From assembly GCA_963797095.1 (NCBI GenBank), contig CAWCNY010000007.1:32001-96000 (forward strand): a DNA stretch of 64,000 nt, written 5' to 3'. Shown here piece by piece: positions 18,381 through 27,254 of the stretch (the stretch's first letter is position 1; each line of letters opens with the position of its first letter). Source of the stretch: an uncultured Chloroflexia bacterium. Its GTDB lineage: Bacteria; Chloroflexota; Chloroflexia; QHBQ01; JADMIH01. The notes under the pieces are model-generated. The model ran no database searches and had not been told where the DNA came from. It saw nothing but the letters and a program-made list of their open reading frames with translations. Made by a program: the position numbers and the translations under genes.

Positions 18381-19052
18381 CTATCGTGCATCATCCCCCG
18401 TTAATGAACGCTCTCCACGAGCGGAAAGTTCCCCCGATGAAGGCGAAATTCCACGCTCGCGAAGGTAGTCACGCATACGGAGGCGCGCCCGGTTTACACG
18501 GGATTTGACCGTGCCCAGGTTCGCGCCTGTTATGGTGGCAGCCTCCTCGTAGCTCAGGCCCTGCACGTCGACCAGTACAAGGGTCATCCGCTGGTCATAA
18601 GGCAGGGAATCGAGACCCGCCTGGATTGTGCCCATGGTTTCAAGTCGAAGGACGTTCGTTTCAGGGTTCACCGTCGGATCTACATCAGCAATGGGCAACG
18701 GGTCTAAACCTTCCTCGCCATCGTCGGGCGAGCGCCACGAGTTGAGAGGCATAGAAGGTTTGCGCTTCCTGCTTCTGAGCATATCGAGGCACGCATTGGT
18801 GGCGATACGGAGTATCCACGTGCGGAAGCCCTCGCCCTTGAAGCGGGGCATAGCCTTATATGCCGAGAAGAAGGCTTCCTGGGTGGCATCGGCTGCCTCA
18901 TCCGGATCAGAGAGCATGCGAAGGCAAAGGTTGTAGACGCGAGTCTGATATTGAAGAACGAGCCAGTTGAAGGCATCGAGGTCTCCCTTGCGGGCGGCCT
19001 CAATCCGGCGTGGCTCCTCCTCGGCGCTGATGTCGTGCCATGCTGCGGGCAT
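18381..19052 (-). CDS. ECF RNA polymerase sigma factor (SigW/RpoE-like)
   Basis: GD.DAF..LV..YQ, A.D.TQEAF, FRTW.LRIA.N, GLSYEE.A...GTVKSR..RAR; ATG 19052 is 6 nt from TATACT (possibly leaderless). Confidence 0.92.
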   Translation of the reverse strand: MPAAWHDISAEEEPRRIEAARKGDLDAFNWLVLQYQTRVYNLCLRMLSDPDEAADATQEAFFSAYKAMPRFKGEGFRTWILRIATNACLDMLRSRKRKPSMPLNSWRSPDDGEEGLDPLPIADVDPTVNPETNVLRLETMGTIQAGLDSLPYDQRMTLVLVDVQGLSYEEAATITGANLGTVKSRVNRARLRMRDYLRERGISPSSGELSARGERSLTGDDAR

Positions 19053-19082
19053 GGATAAAGTATAGCAGGTTCTGTTGAGGTG

Positions 19083-19114
19083 AAAAAAGCCGCGCCCTGT
19101 ACGGGCGCGGGCTT
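19083..19114 (-). terminator. Rho-independent terminator of the 19138-19485 gene
   Basis: Minus strand AAGCCCGCGCCCGTACAGGGCGCGGCTTTTTT. Confidence 0.75.
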
Positions 19115-19137
19115 CGGGTTGCAAACGGTACGATAAT

Positions 19138-19485
19138 CTATCCGGAGCGCGGACGCTGCAAGGAGGTAGGGTCATAACCGGAACCTGTCATAGCGTTTGC
19201 TCCGTGCACGCCCATCCTGGGCGCTCCCTCGGTGCTCACCTCGTTTTCATCAAGCGCACCAGTGCCACCGACATGGCCGGCGGTCCAATCGATACCGACG
19301 CGGGCCGCGAGGTCGCGTATGGTGCTGTCGTTACCTGTCGCTATGGCCTGAGCAAGTGCCTGACGCTCCTGATCATCCAGGTCGTACAGGCCGAGGGTCT
19401 GTACCGGGTCCTGCGCAATGAGAGCCGCAAAACCGGGATCATCGTGGAGTTGTTGCAAGGCCAACAGCAGTCCTCTGTCACTCAT
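19138..19485 (-). CDS. Small protein with NHLP-clan (Os1348/Franean1_4349-like) leader
   Basis: AAAGGAGG RBS; MS....L..L.DDPGF...I..DP...L..YDLD..E..AL pattern followed by a Gly/Thr/Ser-rich tail. Confidence 0.6.
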   Translation of the reverse strand: MSDRGLLLALQQLHDDPGFAALIAQDPVQTLGLYDLDDQERQALAQAIATGNDSTIRDLAARVGIDWTAGHVGGTGALDENEVSTEGAPRMGVHGANAMTGSGYDPTSLQRPRSG

Positions 19486-19598
19486 GTTTTCCTCCTTTTG
19501 TGGGCCGCACCGTGCGGCCATAGCTGCCTACAGGGCAAGAAATGTGCCAGGTATTGCGACAGCCAAAATGGTAGCAGGTATGATACAATAACTGCTCA

Positions 19599-21254
19599 AT
19601 GAGCACTGATGCTGATGTAATAGTCGTAGGCGCTGGACTGGCGGGGCTGGTAGCTGCTGCCGAGTTGGTGGACGCCAACAAAAAGGTGATCCTGCTCGAC
19701 CAGGAGCCGGAGGCATCGCTGGGCGGGCAGGCGTTCTGGTCGTTCGGTGGGCTGTTCCTGGTGGACTCGCCGGAGCAAAGGCGGATGCGCATTCGCGACT
19801 CATACGCCCTTGCTGTGCAGGATTGGCTTGGCAGCGCGGGGTTCGACCGGGAGGAAGACTACTGGCCCAGGCGATGGGCGGAAGCGTACCTGGCTTTCGC
19901 GGCTGGCGAAAAGCGGTCGTGGTTGCATAAGCAGGGAGTTCGGTTCTTCCCTATCGTGGGGTGGGCCGAGCGCGGTGGGTATCTTGCCACGGGTCATGGC
20001 AACTCGGTGCCGCGCTTTCATATAACGTGGGGCACAGGGCCCGGCGTAATCGAGCCGTTTGTGAGGCGGGTGCGCGAAGGTGAACGGCGCGGGCTGGTAT
20101 CGTTGCCCTTTCGACACCGAGTAACCGGGCTGCTCGTGAACGGCGGCACGGTAGAAGGTGTACATGGCGATATCCTGGAGCCGAGCTATGTCGAGCGCGG
20201 GGTACGAAGCTCGCGGGAGGTAGCGGGGGAATTCACGGTGCGGGCGCAAGCCGTCGTTGTCACCTCCGGAGGGATCGGGGGCAATCACGAGTTGGTGCGC
20301 CACAACTGGCCGAAGAGGATGGGCGAGCCTCCGAAGAAGATGATCTCAGGGGTGCCCGACCACGTTGACGGGCGAATGCTCCAGGTAGTGCAGGAGAGCG
20401 GCGGGCGAGTGATCAACCCCGACCGGATGTGGCACTATCCTGAAGGTATAGTGAACTACGCGCCGATCTGGACCAATCACGGCATACGGATCTTGAGCGG
20501 GCCAAGCCCGTTGTGGCTGGACGCGCACGGCCATCGCCTGCCTGAGCCGTTGTTCCCGGGGTTCGATACCCTGGGTGCGCTGCGGCATATCAACGCTACA
20601 GGGTACGATCACTCGTGGTTCCTGCTCAACCAGCGCATCATTGAGCGCGAGTTTGCCCTCTCAGGGTCCGAACAGAACCCCGACCTGACGGGCCGTAGCG
20701 TCAAATTGATCCTGAGCCGTATCGGACCGGGCGCTCCTCCGCCGGTGGAGGCGTTTAAGGAGCGTGGGGTCGATTTCATAGTCAGGAAGACGCTGCCCGA
20801 ATTGGCGAGCGCTATGAACGAGCTAATAGGCGAAACCCTGATCGATCCCGCACAGTTGAGGCGGGAAGTGGCAGCGCGAGACCGGCAGATCGACAACGAG
20901 TTCGGCAAGGATGCCCAGGTGATAGCGATCAGAGGGGCGCGTGCCTATATTGGCGATAGACTGGTGAGGGTGGCGAAACCGCACCGCATACTCGATCCTG
21001 AAGCGGGGCCGCTGATCGCGGTGCGGCTATGGATTCTCACGCGCAAGACCCTGGGCGGGCTGGAAACCGACCTGTCGGCGCGGGTGCTTGGTGCGGATGG
21101 GCAGCCGCTACCGGGCCTATATGCCGCCGGAGAGGTGGCAGGCTTCGGGGGCGGTGGTATGCATGGCTACCGCGCCCTTGAAGGGACTTTCCTTGGCGGG
21201 TGTATTTTCTCAGGCCGCACGGCAGGGCGAGCAGTAGCCGGGGCTGTAATTTAG
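19599..21254 (+). CDS. FAD-binding dehydrogenase (FAD_binding_2, KstD/fumarate-reductase-like, function unknown)
   Basis: DVIVVGAGLAGL, LGGQAFWSFGG, GNSVPRFH.TWGTG, TRKTLGGL, GLYAAGE, LEGTFLGGC. Confidence 0.88.
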   Translation: MSTDADVIVVGAGLAGLVAAAELVDANKKVILLDQEPEASLGGQAFWSFGGLFLVDSPEQRRMRIRDSYALAVQDWLGSAGFDREEDYWPRRWAEAYLAFAAGEKRSWLHKQGVRFFPIVGWAERGGYLATGHGNSVPRFHITWGTGPGVIEPFVRRVREGERRGLVSLPFRHRVTGLLVNGGTVEGVHGDILEPSYVERGVRSSREVAGEFTVRAQAVVVTSGGIGGNHELVRHNWPKRMGEPPKKMISGVPDHVDGRMLQVVQESGGRVINPDRMWHYPEGIVNYAPIWTNHGIRILSGPSPLWLDAHGHRLPEPLFPGFDTLGALRHINATGYDHSWFLLNQRIIEREFALSGSEQNPDLTGRSVKLILSRIGPGAPPPVEAFKERGVDFIVRKTLPELASAMNELIGETLIDPAQLRREVAARDRQIDNEFGKDAQVIAIRGARAYIGDRLVRVAKPHRILDPEAGPLIAVRLWILTRKTLGGLETDLSARVLGADGQPLPGLYAAGEVAGFGGGGMHGYRALEGTFLGGCIFSGRTAGRAVAGAVI

Positions 21255-22453
21255 CCCGCATCCCTGGGCATCGGCCCGGCGTTGCCTTCCATCCAGCTCA
21301 TCGGGTAATTCGGATCGTCGTATTCCTGCGCCCATTTGGTCAGCTTGAGGGGGCGGAACGTATCGACCATCACGGCCAATTCTTCGGTCGATTCTTTGCC
21401 TATGGATGCCTCGGCTGTGCCTGGGTGAGGCCCATGAGGGATGCCGTGCGGGTGTAGCGTGAAGGAGGCAACATCAATGCCCCGGCGGCTCATGAAGTTG
21501 CCGTTGACGTAGTAGATCACTTCTTCGCTGTCGATGTTGGAGTGGTTGTAAGGGGCAGGTATAGATAGTGGGTGATAGTCGTACTTGCGCGGCACGAAGG
21601 AGCAAACCACGAAGTTGTGCGCCTCGAAGGTCTGGTGAACGGGTGGGGGCTGGTGAACGCGGCCTGTGATCGGCTCAAAGTCTTCGATATTGAATATGTA
21701 GGGGTAGAGGTAGCCGTCCCAACCAACCACGTCGAGCGGGTGATGGTCGTAGTAATAAGAGGAGAGCATATCATTGGCGCGGATCAGCACCCGGTAAGGG
21801 CCTTTGCCCGCCTCGTCGCCCGTGATGGTGACAAGCTCTTCGGGCACGCGAAGGTCGCGCTCGCAATAGGGAGAGTTCTCAAGTAGCTGGCCGAAGCCAT
21901 TGCGGTAGCGTTTGGGGAACTGGATGTACTTGCCCTCGACCACGAGCCAGCGCTGTGGCTTGCCCTCGTCGGCTACGATGCGATAGATCGTGCCGTGGGG
22001 CAGGAAAACGTAGTCGCCTTCCCGGTAGGGGAGGGTGCCGAAATTGGTCTCGAAGCGGCCTGTGCCCTGATGGATGAAGTATAGCTCGTCGGTCTGGCCG
22101 TTCTTGTAGAAGTAGTCCATAGGCTCGGCGGGGAGCACGATGCCCAGGCGGCAATCGCTGTTGTACATGAGGATGCGTCTGCCTGAGATGGGATCGCCCT
22201 GGGGCTGTGCGGGCTTGGTGCGGGTATGGACGTGGCGCTGCACCGGAAGCTGCCACTCCTGCAACGGCTCGGCCTCGCACGGCTCTATGTTCACCACGCG
22301 CACGGGTGGGTGGTGGTGATAGAGCAGCGAGGAGTTGCCGCTGAAGCCCTCGGTGCCGAATAGCTCCTCGGTGTATAGCTCACCGTCAGGGCGGCGAAAC
22401 TGGGTGTGTCGCTTATGGGGTATTTTGCCTAGTTTGTGGTAGTAGGGCATCAT
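21251..22453 (-). CDS. hmgA: Homogentisate 1,2-dioxygenase
   Basis: P.KRH, DE..F.H.G.G, HPLDVVGWDG, HQPPPVH.TF, PYNHSN.DSEE, LHPHGIPHGPHPG, VMVDTF.PL. Confidence 0.93.
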   Translation of the reverse strand: MMPYYHKLGKIPHKRHTQFRRPDGELYTEELFGTEGFSGNSSLLYHHHPPVRVVNIEPCEAEPLQEWQLPVQRHVHTRTKPAQPQGDPISGRRILMYNSDCRLGIVLPAEPMDYFYKNGQTDELYFIHQGTGRFETNFGTLPYREGDYVFLPHGTIYRIVADEGKPQRWLVVEGKYIQFPKRYRNGFGQLLENSPYCERDLRVPEELVTITGDEAGKGPYRVLIRANDMLSSYYYDHHPLDVVGWDGYLYPYIFNIEDFEPITGRVHQPPPVHQTFEAHNFVVCSFVPRKYDYHPLSIPAPYNHSNIDSEEVIYYVNGNFMSRRGIDVASFTLHPHGIPHGPHPGTAEASIGKESTEELAVMVDTFRPLKLTKWAQEYDDPNYPMSWMEGNAGPMPRDAG

Positions 22454-22529
22454 TGCACCTCCGGTTAGTTCTTTAATCTCAGCGCTTTATTTCATCCCAA
22501 ATCAACTATGCCTTTAAGGGTTATTATGC

Positions 22530-23567
22530 TCATGAGTGCGGGCCTCCCTCCGCAGTCAGCTTATTCCTTATCAGCCCCAGCTTTTCGATCTCCATCGCCA
22601 CTACATCGCCGGGTTTGAGCCAACCGCCGGTGTTTTCGGGGCGTAGCTCGAGGATGCAGCCTGTGCCTACTGTGCCCGATCCGAGCACATCGCCTGGGCG
22701 GAGCCACACATCGGTGGAGGCCCATTCGATCATCTGGGCGAAGGTGTGAGTGAGAGTATCCGCGTTGCCACGCGATAGCTCTTTGCCATTGACGCGAGCC
22801 ACCATTTCGAGACTGTAGCGAGTTTCTGCGGCTTCGCCCTTGCGGCGATCTTCCAACTCGTCGGGGGTGACTAGCCAGGGGCCGAGGGTGGTGGCGAAGT
22901 CTTTGCTCTTGGCGGGGCCCATGCTCAACTTCGCCTCGAAGTTGCGCCAGGTGTCGCGGGCCGACCAGTCGTTCATGATCAGGTAGCCTGCTATGTAGTC
23001 GTTGGCATCTTCGGCCGAGATGTCTTTGCCCGGTTTGCCGATTATGCAGGCGATCTCAAGCTCGAAATCGACTTCGTGGGAGCCGCGAGGGTAATCTACG
23101 TCGTCGTAGGGGCCGTAAACGCAGCCGGGGTTGGAGTAGTAGAAGACCGGGTGGTCGTACCACTCAAGGATCATTTCGAGGCCACGGAGGGCGCGGGCGC
23201 TCTTAACGTGCTGTTCGAAAGCGTAGAAGTCGCGGATGGTGCGAGGGAAGGGTAGAGGCGAGAGGAGCATAACATCGTCAACGGGTTGGGACGACTCCCA
23301 CAGCCCTTCCTCGTCGTCACAGACGGTTTCGGCGAGGCCGAGCACCCGCTCCATAGCAGCCTGCCCGCCATCAAGCAGTTCAAGCATCGTCATCGGCGGG
23401 CGCAATCCAGAATCACGAGAATGCTTCTTATTGAGCCAGTCGTGGGCGGCTTCGAGATTAAGAACGCGGGGCATCTCGCCAGGCAGGTAGATGCCTACGT
23501 GGGTGTCCTGCCCTTCGACGCGGTCGGGGGCGGTACGGTGGAGGTGGGAGAAGGTTACGAGTTTCAT
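22530..23567 (-). CDS. Fumarylacetoacetate hydrolase family protein
   Basis: RDFYAFEQH, DFELE.A..IG, NDWSARD, K.KDF...GPW, PGDV.GSGT; between hppD and hmgA. Confidence 0.92.
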   Translation of the reverse strand: MKLVTFSHLHRTAPDRVEGQDTHVGIYLPGEMPRVLNLEAAHDWLNKKHSRDSGLRPPMTMLELLDGGQAAMERVLGLAETVCDDEEGLWESSQPVDDVMLLSPLPFPRTIRDFYAFEQHVKSARALRGLEMILEWYDHPVFYYSNPGCVYGPYDDVDYPRGSHEVDFELEIACIIGKPGKDISAEDANDYIAGYLIMNDWSARDTWRNFEAKLSMGPAKSKDFATTLGPWLVTPDELEDRRKGEAAETRYSLEMVARVNGKELSRGNADTLTHTFAQMIEWASTDVWLRPGDVLGSGTVGTGCILELRPENTGGWLKPGDVVAMEIEKLGLIRNKLTAEGGPHS

Positions 23568-23649
23568 GGTAGTCGGTAGTCGGTAGTCGGTAGTTCCTGG
23601 TTCCTGGTTCCTGGTTCCTGGTCACTCATTACAGGTCCGACTACCGACT
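23568..23649. repeat. Composite heptamer array with partial inverted arm
   Basis: (GGTAGTC)x3.7-(TTCCTGG)x4, then CCGACTACCGACT (23637-23649) complementary to the first block. Confidence 0.9.
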
Positions 23650-23658
23650 GCTATTCTC

Positions 23659-24858
23659 CTAAAGATTCCCTCGGAGTTCTTGCTCGCGCTCGATGGCTTC
23701 AAAGAGGGCGCGGAAATTGCCTTTGCCAAAGCCTCTGGAGCCGTGGCGCTCGATGATCTCGAAGAAGACGGTGGGGCGGTCCTGCACAGGCTTGCTGAAG
23801 ATCTGGAGCAGGTAGCCTTCGTCGTCGCGATCTACCAGAATGCCAAGATCCTCCAGCTTCTCCATGTCTTCCTTGATCTGGCCGACGCGGGTGGGGGCTT
23901 CCTCGTAATACTCGTGGGGCACGCGGAGGAACTCCATGCCGTTGGCTTTGAGGGTGGCGACCGTGCCCAGGATATCGCCTGTGATAAGGGCTATGTGCTG
24001 CACGCCGGGGGTGCGGTAGTAGTCGAGGTATTCCTCGATCTGCGACTTCTTCTTACCCTCGGCAGGCTCGTTGATGGGGAACTTGACACGCCCCGTGCCG
24101 TCCTGCATTACCTTGGACATAAGGGCCGAATATTCGGTCGAGATATCCTTATCCTCGAACGAGATCAACTGGCTGAAGCCCATAATGCGGGCGTAATATT
24201 CTACCCACTCGTTCATCTTGCCCAACTCGACGTTGAGCACCTGGTGGTCCACAGCCTTGACGCCTGTTGGCGTGCCGGGAATATCGCGCTTGTGGTAGCC
24301 GGGTGCGAATGTGCCGGTGTACTGGTCGCGATTGATAAGGGTGTGAATGGTTTCGCCGACGGTGGAGATGGCGGCCTCACGGATGCGGCCCTTTTCGCTT
24401 TCGACCCAGTGAGGCTCGGTGACGCCATGCGCGCCGCGCTCAAGGGCGGTCTTATAGGCCCAATCTACGTCGGGAACGCGCAGAGCTATATCCTTGACGC
24501 CGTCGCCATGCAGCTGAACATGGGCGGCGATAGCGCCTTCGGGCTGGAGGGGAGCGGTCAACACGAAGCGGATCTTGCCCTGTTCAAGAACGTAGGAAGC
24601 GCGGTCGCGCACCTTTGTCTCAGGACCGGCATAGGCGGTTATGCTGAAGCCGAGGACGGTGCGGTAGTAGTGGGCGGCCTGCTTGGCGTTGCCCACGTAA
24701 AACTCTATGTAATCTATGCCCTGGATAGGGAAAGGATCGGTACCGTTGGTCTTATGGCCGCTGGTGGCAGGGGTGGTATCGGCGTCCATTTCGGCAACGT
24801 CGCTTCCAGAGATTGTATCGAGTTCGATGGTCTCTTCGGGTTTCATTAATGCCTCCAT
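23659..24858 (-). CDS. hppD: 4-hydroxyphenylpyruvate dioxygenase
   Basis: HGDGVKDIA, DH.V.NV, FPINEP..GK.KSQIEEYL, GVQHIAL, YLLQIFSKP, FFEIIER, GFGKGNF.ALFE. Confidence 0.97.
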   Translation of the reverse strand: MEALMKPEETIELDTISGSDVAEMDADTTPATSGHKTNGTDPFPIQGIDYIEFYVGNAKQAAHYYRTVLGFSITAYAGPETKVRDRASYVLEQGKIRFVLTAPLQPEGAIAAHVQLHGDGVKDIALRVPDVDWAYKTALERGAHGVTEPHWVESEKGRIREAAISTVGETIHTLINRDQYTGTFAPGYHKRDIPGTPTGVKAVDHQVLNVELGKMNEWVEYYARIMGFSQLISFEDKDISTEYSALMSKVMQDGTGRVKFPINEPAEGKKKSQIEEYLDYYRTPGVQHIALITGDILGTVATLKANGMEFLRVPHEYYEEAPTRVGQIKEDMEKLEDLGILVDRDDEGYLLQIFSKPVQDRPTVFFEIIERHGSRGFGKGNFRALFEAIEREQELRGNL

Positions 24859-25000
24859 TGGTTGATGTGCGCTTCATTGCGCACAATGGCTGGATTTAAG
24901 GACACTCCTATTCTAGCACCACGAGGGGTAAATAGCCAACAAAAGTATGATGTAGGCGTTCAGACTTGGGGTGGAGGGATCTCGCTTGATTGAAAACCAA

Positions 25001-25113
25001 GACCCACCCCCAGCCCTTCCCACGTATGGGAGGGGAGAAGTAAATAGTGGGGGAAGAGTTGGGGGACACCCCCAAGTCCCCCGTCATGGGGCTTCGCCCC
25101 CTGCACCCCCTTT
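25001..25113. repeat. Two adjacent GC-rich REP/MITE-like palindromic units
   Basis: GACCCACCCCCAGCCCTTCCCACGTATGGGAGGGGAG hairpin, then GGGGACACCCCC...GGGGCTTCGCCCC...TGCACCCCC nested hairpins. Confidence 0.5.
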
Positions 25114-25293
25114 ACCCCAAATTGGAGCGCGGTTTTGTGAAAGTAGCGTGGTTCTCCCCTCACATCCTAAATGACCTTGGTGGGACAAAACAGGACAGGT
25201 TTTAGGGTGTGCTTTGGTACAGTTTTTTCGGTTGACTGGGTTGGGCTAATGCCTTATAACGGTCGTCAGGCGCTATTTTCTGGGGCTAGAAGT

Positions 25294-25869
25294 ATGATAA
25301 GCAAGAGGCGTATCGAGATCGTGGAATACGACCCGACATGGCCCGACACATTCGAAGAGCTCAAGGATGTGATTGAGAGGGCGGTGGGCGACCTGGCGCT
25401 GCGGATCGAGCACGTGGGAAGCACCTCGGTGCCAGGGCTGAGCGCCAAGCCGGTCATCGACCTGGATGTGGTGATGCCATCTTATGAAGCGCTGCCGGAA
25501 ATAGTGGCCCGCCTCAGTACGCTGGGGTATATGCACGAGGGCGACCTGGGCATCAAGGGGCGCGAGGCTTTCGCGCGCGAAGGGAGAGACGTGCCGCGAG
25601 ATGGCCGGGGCGGCGAGTGGCCGAGCCACCATCTTTATGTATGCCCGCCGGATGGTGAAGGATTGATAAGGCACCTGGCGTTTCGGGACTACATGCGGTC
25701 ACACCCGGAAGAGGTCGCGGCTTATGAAGCGGTGAAGCGACGCCTGGCCGAGCAGTATCCCTACGACGCGGAAGCGTATACGGAAGGCAAGACGGAGTAC
25801 ATCGAGGGGATATTGAGGCGGGCCGGCGTGGAGTTGGACCAAGCAGATAGAGGAGGGCAAGACAAATGA
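25294..25869 (+). CDS. GrpB family (UPF0157) nucleotidyltransferase-like protein
   Basis: YDP.WP..F, IEHVGSTSVPGL.AKP.IDLD, HL.FRDY.R.HP...Y..K, YT.GK. Confidence 0.92.
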   Translation: MISKRRIEIVEYDPTWPDTFEELKDVIERAVGDLALRIEHVGSTSVPGLSAKPVIDLDVVMPSYEALPEIVARLSTLGYMHEGDLGIKGREAFAREGRDVPRDGRGGEWPSHHLYVCPPDGEGLIRHLAFRDYMRSHPEEVAAYEAVKRRLAEQYPYDAEAYTEGKTEYIEGILRRAGVELDQADRGGQDK

Positions 25870-27254
25870 ACGCAACAGAGAATACGGAACTTACAGGGGA
25901 TCAGCAGAAGTACCTGGGCGAGCTTAGCGAGTTCCTGAGAATACCGTCCGTGAGCACGCTCACAACGCATAAGGGTGATGTGAGGCGAGCAGCCGAGTGG
26001 GTGGCGAACAACCTGCGAAAATCTGGGATTGAGAACGTGCGCCTGATAGAGACGGAAAGCCCAATGGGCCACCCGCTGGTGTACGGCGACTGGCTGCACG
26101 CCGATGGGCATGGGCAGCCGACAGTCCTAATTTATGGGCATTTCGATGTGCAGCCTCCCGACCCGCTGAACGAATGGAAATCGCCGCCGTTCGAGCCGAC
26201 ACTAAGGGATGGGAACCTGTTCGCCAGGGGGTCGGCGGACGATAAGGGGCAGCTTTATTGCCACTTGAAGGCGGTAGAGAGACTGATGCAGGAGGGGGGC
26301 GGGAAACTCCCCGTGAACGTGCGCTTCTTGATCGAGGGGGAGGAAGAGGTTGGGGGCGAAGGCATTGAAGATTATGTAAAGCAGCATCCCGGTGAATTGA
26401 CGTGCGATGCCGTGCTGATCAGCGACAATTCGATGTTCTCAGATGGGTTGCCCGCGCTGGATGTGGGGTTGAGGGGGATGGTGTACACGGAGATCACGGT
26501 AAGGGGGGCCGAGCACGACCTACATTCGGGGATGTACGGCGGAGTGGCTCCCAACGCGATCAATGTGTTGTGCCATATCATCGCGCAGTTGAAGGACCTG
26601 GACGGGGTGATACAGGTGCCGGGTTACTACGACGACGTGCAGGAACTGACCGCCGAGCAACGGGCAAGCTGGGGCGCGCTGCCTTTCGATGAGGAGGAGT
26701 TGCGCACGCACGAGATAGGGGCGAAGGCTCTGGCGGGCGAGACTGGGTATTCGGCGCTGGAGAGGATTTGGGCAAGGCCCACCCTCGATGCGAACGGCAT
26801 TATCGGGGGTTTCACAGGCGAGGGCGCGAAGACGGTGATCCCGGCAGTGGCGAAGGGCAAGGTGAGCATGAGACTGGTGCCGAACCAGGACCCGAACAAG
26901 ATTTGGGCGAGTTTCAAGGAGTACGTGGAGAGCCTTTGCCCATCTTATGCCGAGGTAGATGTGCAGTACATACATGGAGCAGATCCGGTGCTGCTGCCGA
27001 CCAACTCGGTCTATATGAAGGCCGCTGTGGAGGCATTGAGAGAGGTGTTCGGGAAGGAGCCTGTGCTGATGCGGTCTGGTGGGTCCATACCAATCGTGTC
27101 ACTGTTCAGCAGTGTGCTGAACGCCCCAAGCGTCCTGATGGGCTTCGGGCTGCCCGACGACAACCTCCACGCGCCGAATGAGAAGATGAAGCTGGCGAAT
27201 GTGTTTGGGGGGATCGAGGCGTCGGTGCGGTATTTGAAGCTGCTTCGCCGGTAG
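25866..27254 (+). CDS. M20/M25/M40 family metallo-dipeptidase
   Basis: YGHFDVQP, ARGSADDKG, EGEEE.G, DLHSG, GGSIP, HAPNE. Confidence 0.93.
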   Translation: MNATENTELTGDQQKYLGELSEFLRIPSVSTLTTHKGDVRRAAEWVANNLRKSGIENVRLIETESPMGHPLVYGDWLHADGHGQPTVLIYGHFDVQPPDPLNEWKSPPFEPTLRDGNLFARGSADDKGQLYCHLKAVERLMQEGGGKLPVNVRFLIEGEEEVGGEGIEDYVKQHPGELTCDAVLISDNSMFSDGLPALDVGLRGMVYTEITVRGAEHDLHSGMYGGVAPNAINVLCHIIAQLKDLDGVIQVPGYYDDVQELTAEQRASWGALPFDEEELRTHEIGAKALAGETGYSALERIWARPTLDANGIIGGFTGEGAKTVIPAVAKGKVSMRLVPNQDPNKIWASFKEYVESLCPSYAEVDVQYIHGADPVLLPTNSVYMKAAVEALREVFGKEPVLMRSGGSIPIVSLFSSVLNAPSVLMGFGLPDDNLHAPNEKMKLANVFGGIEASVRYLKLLRR

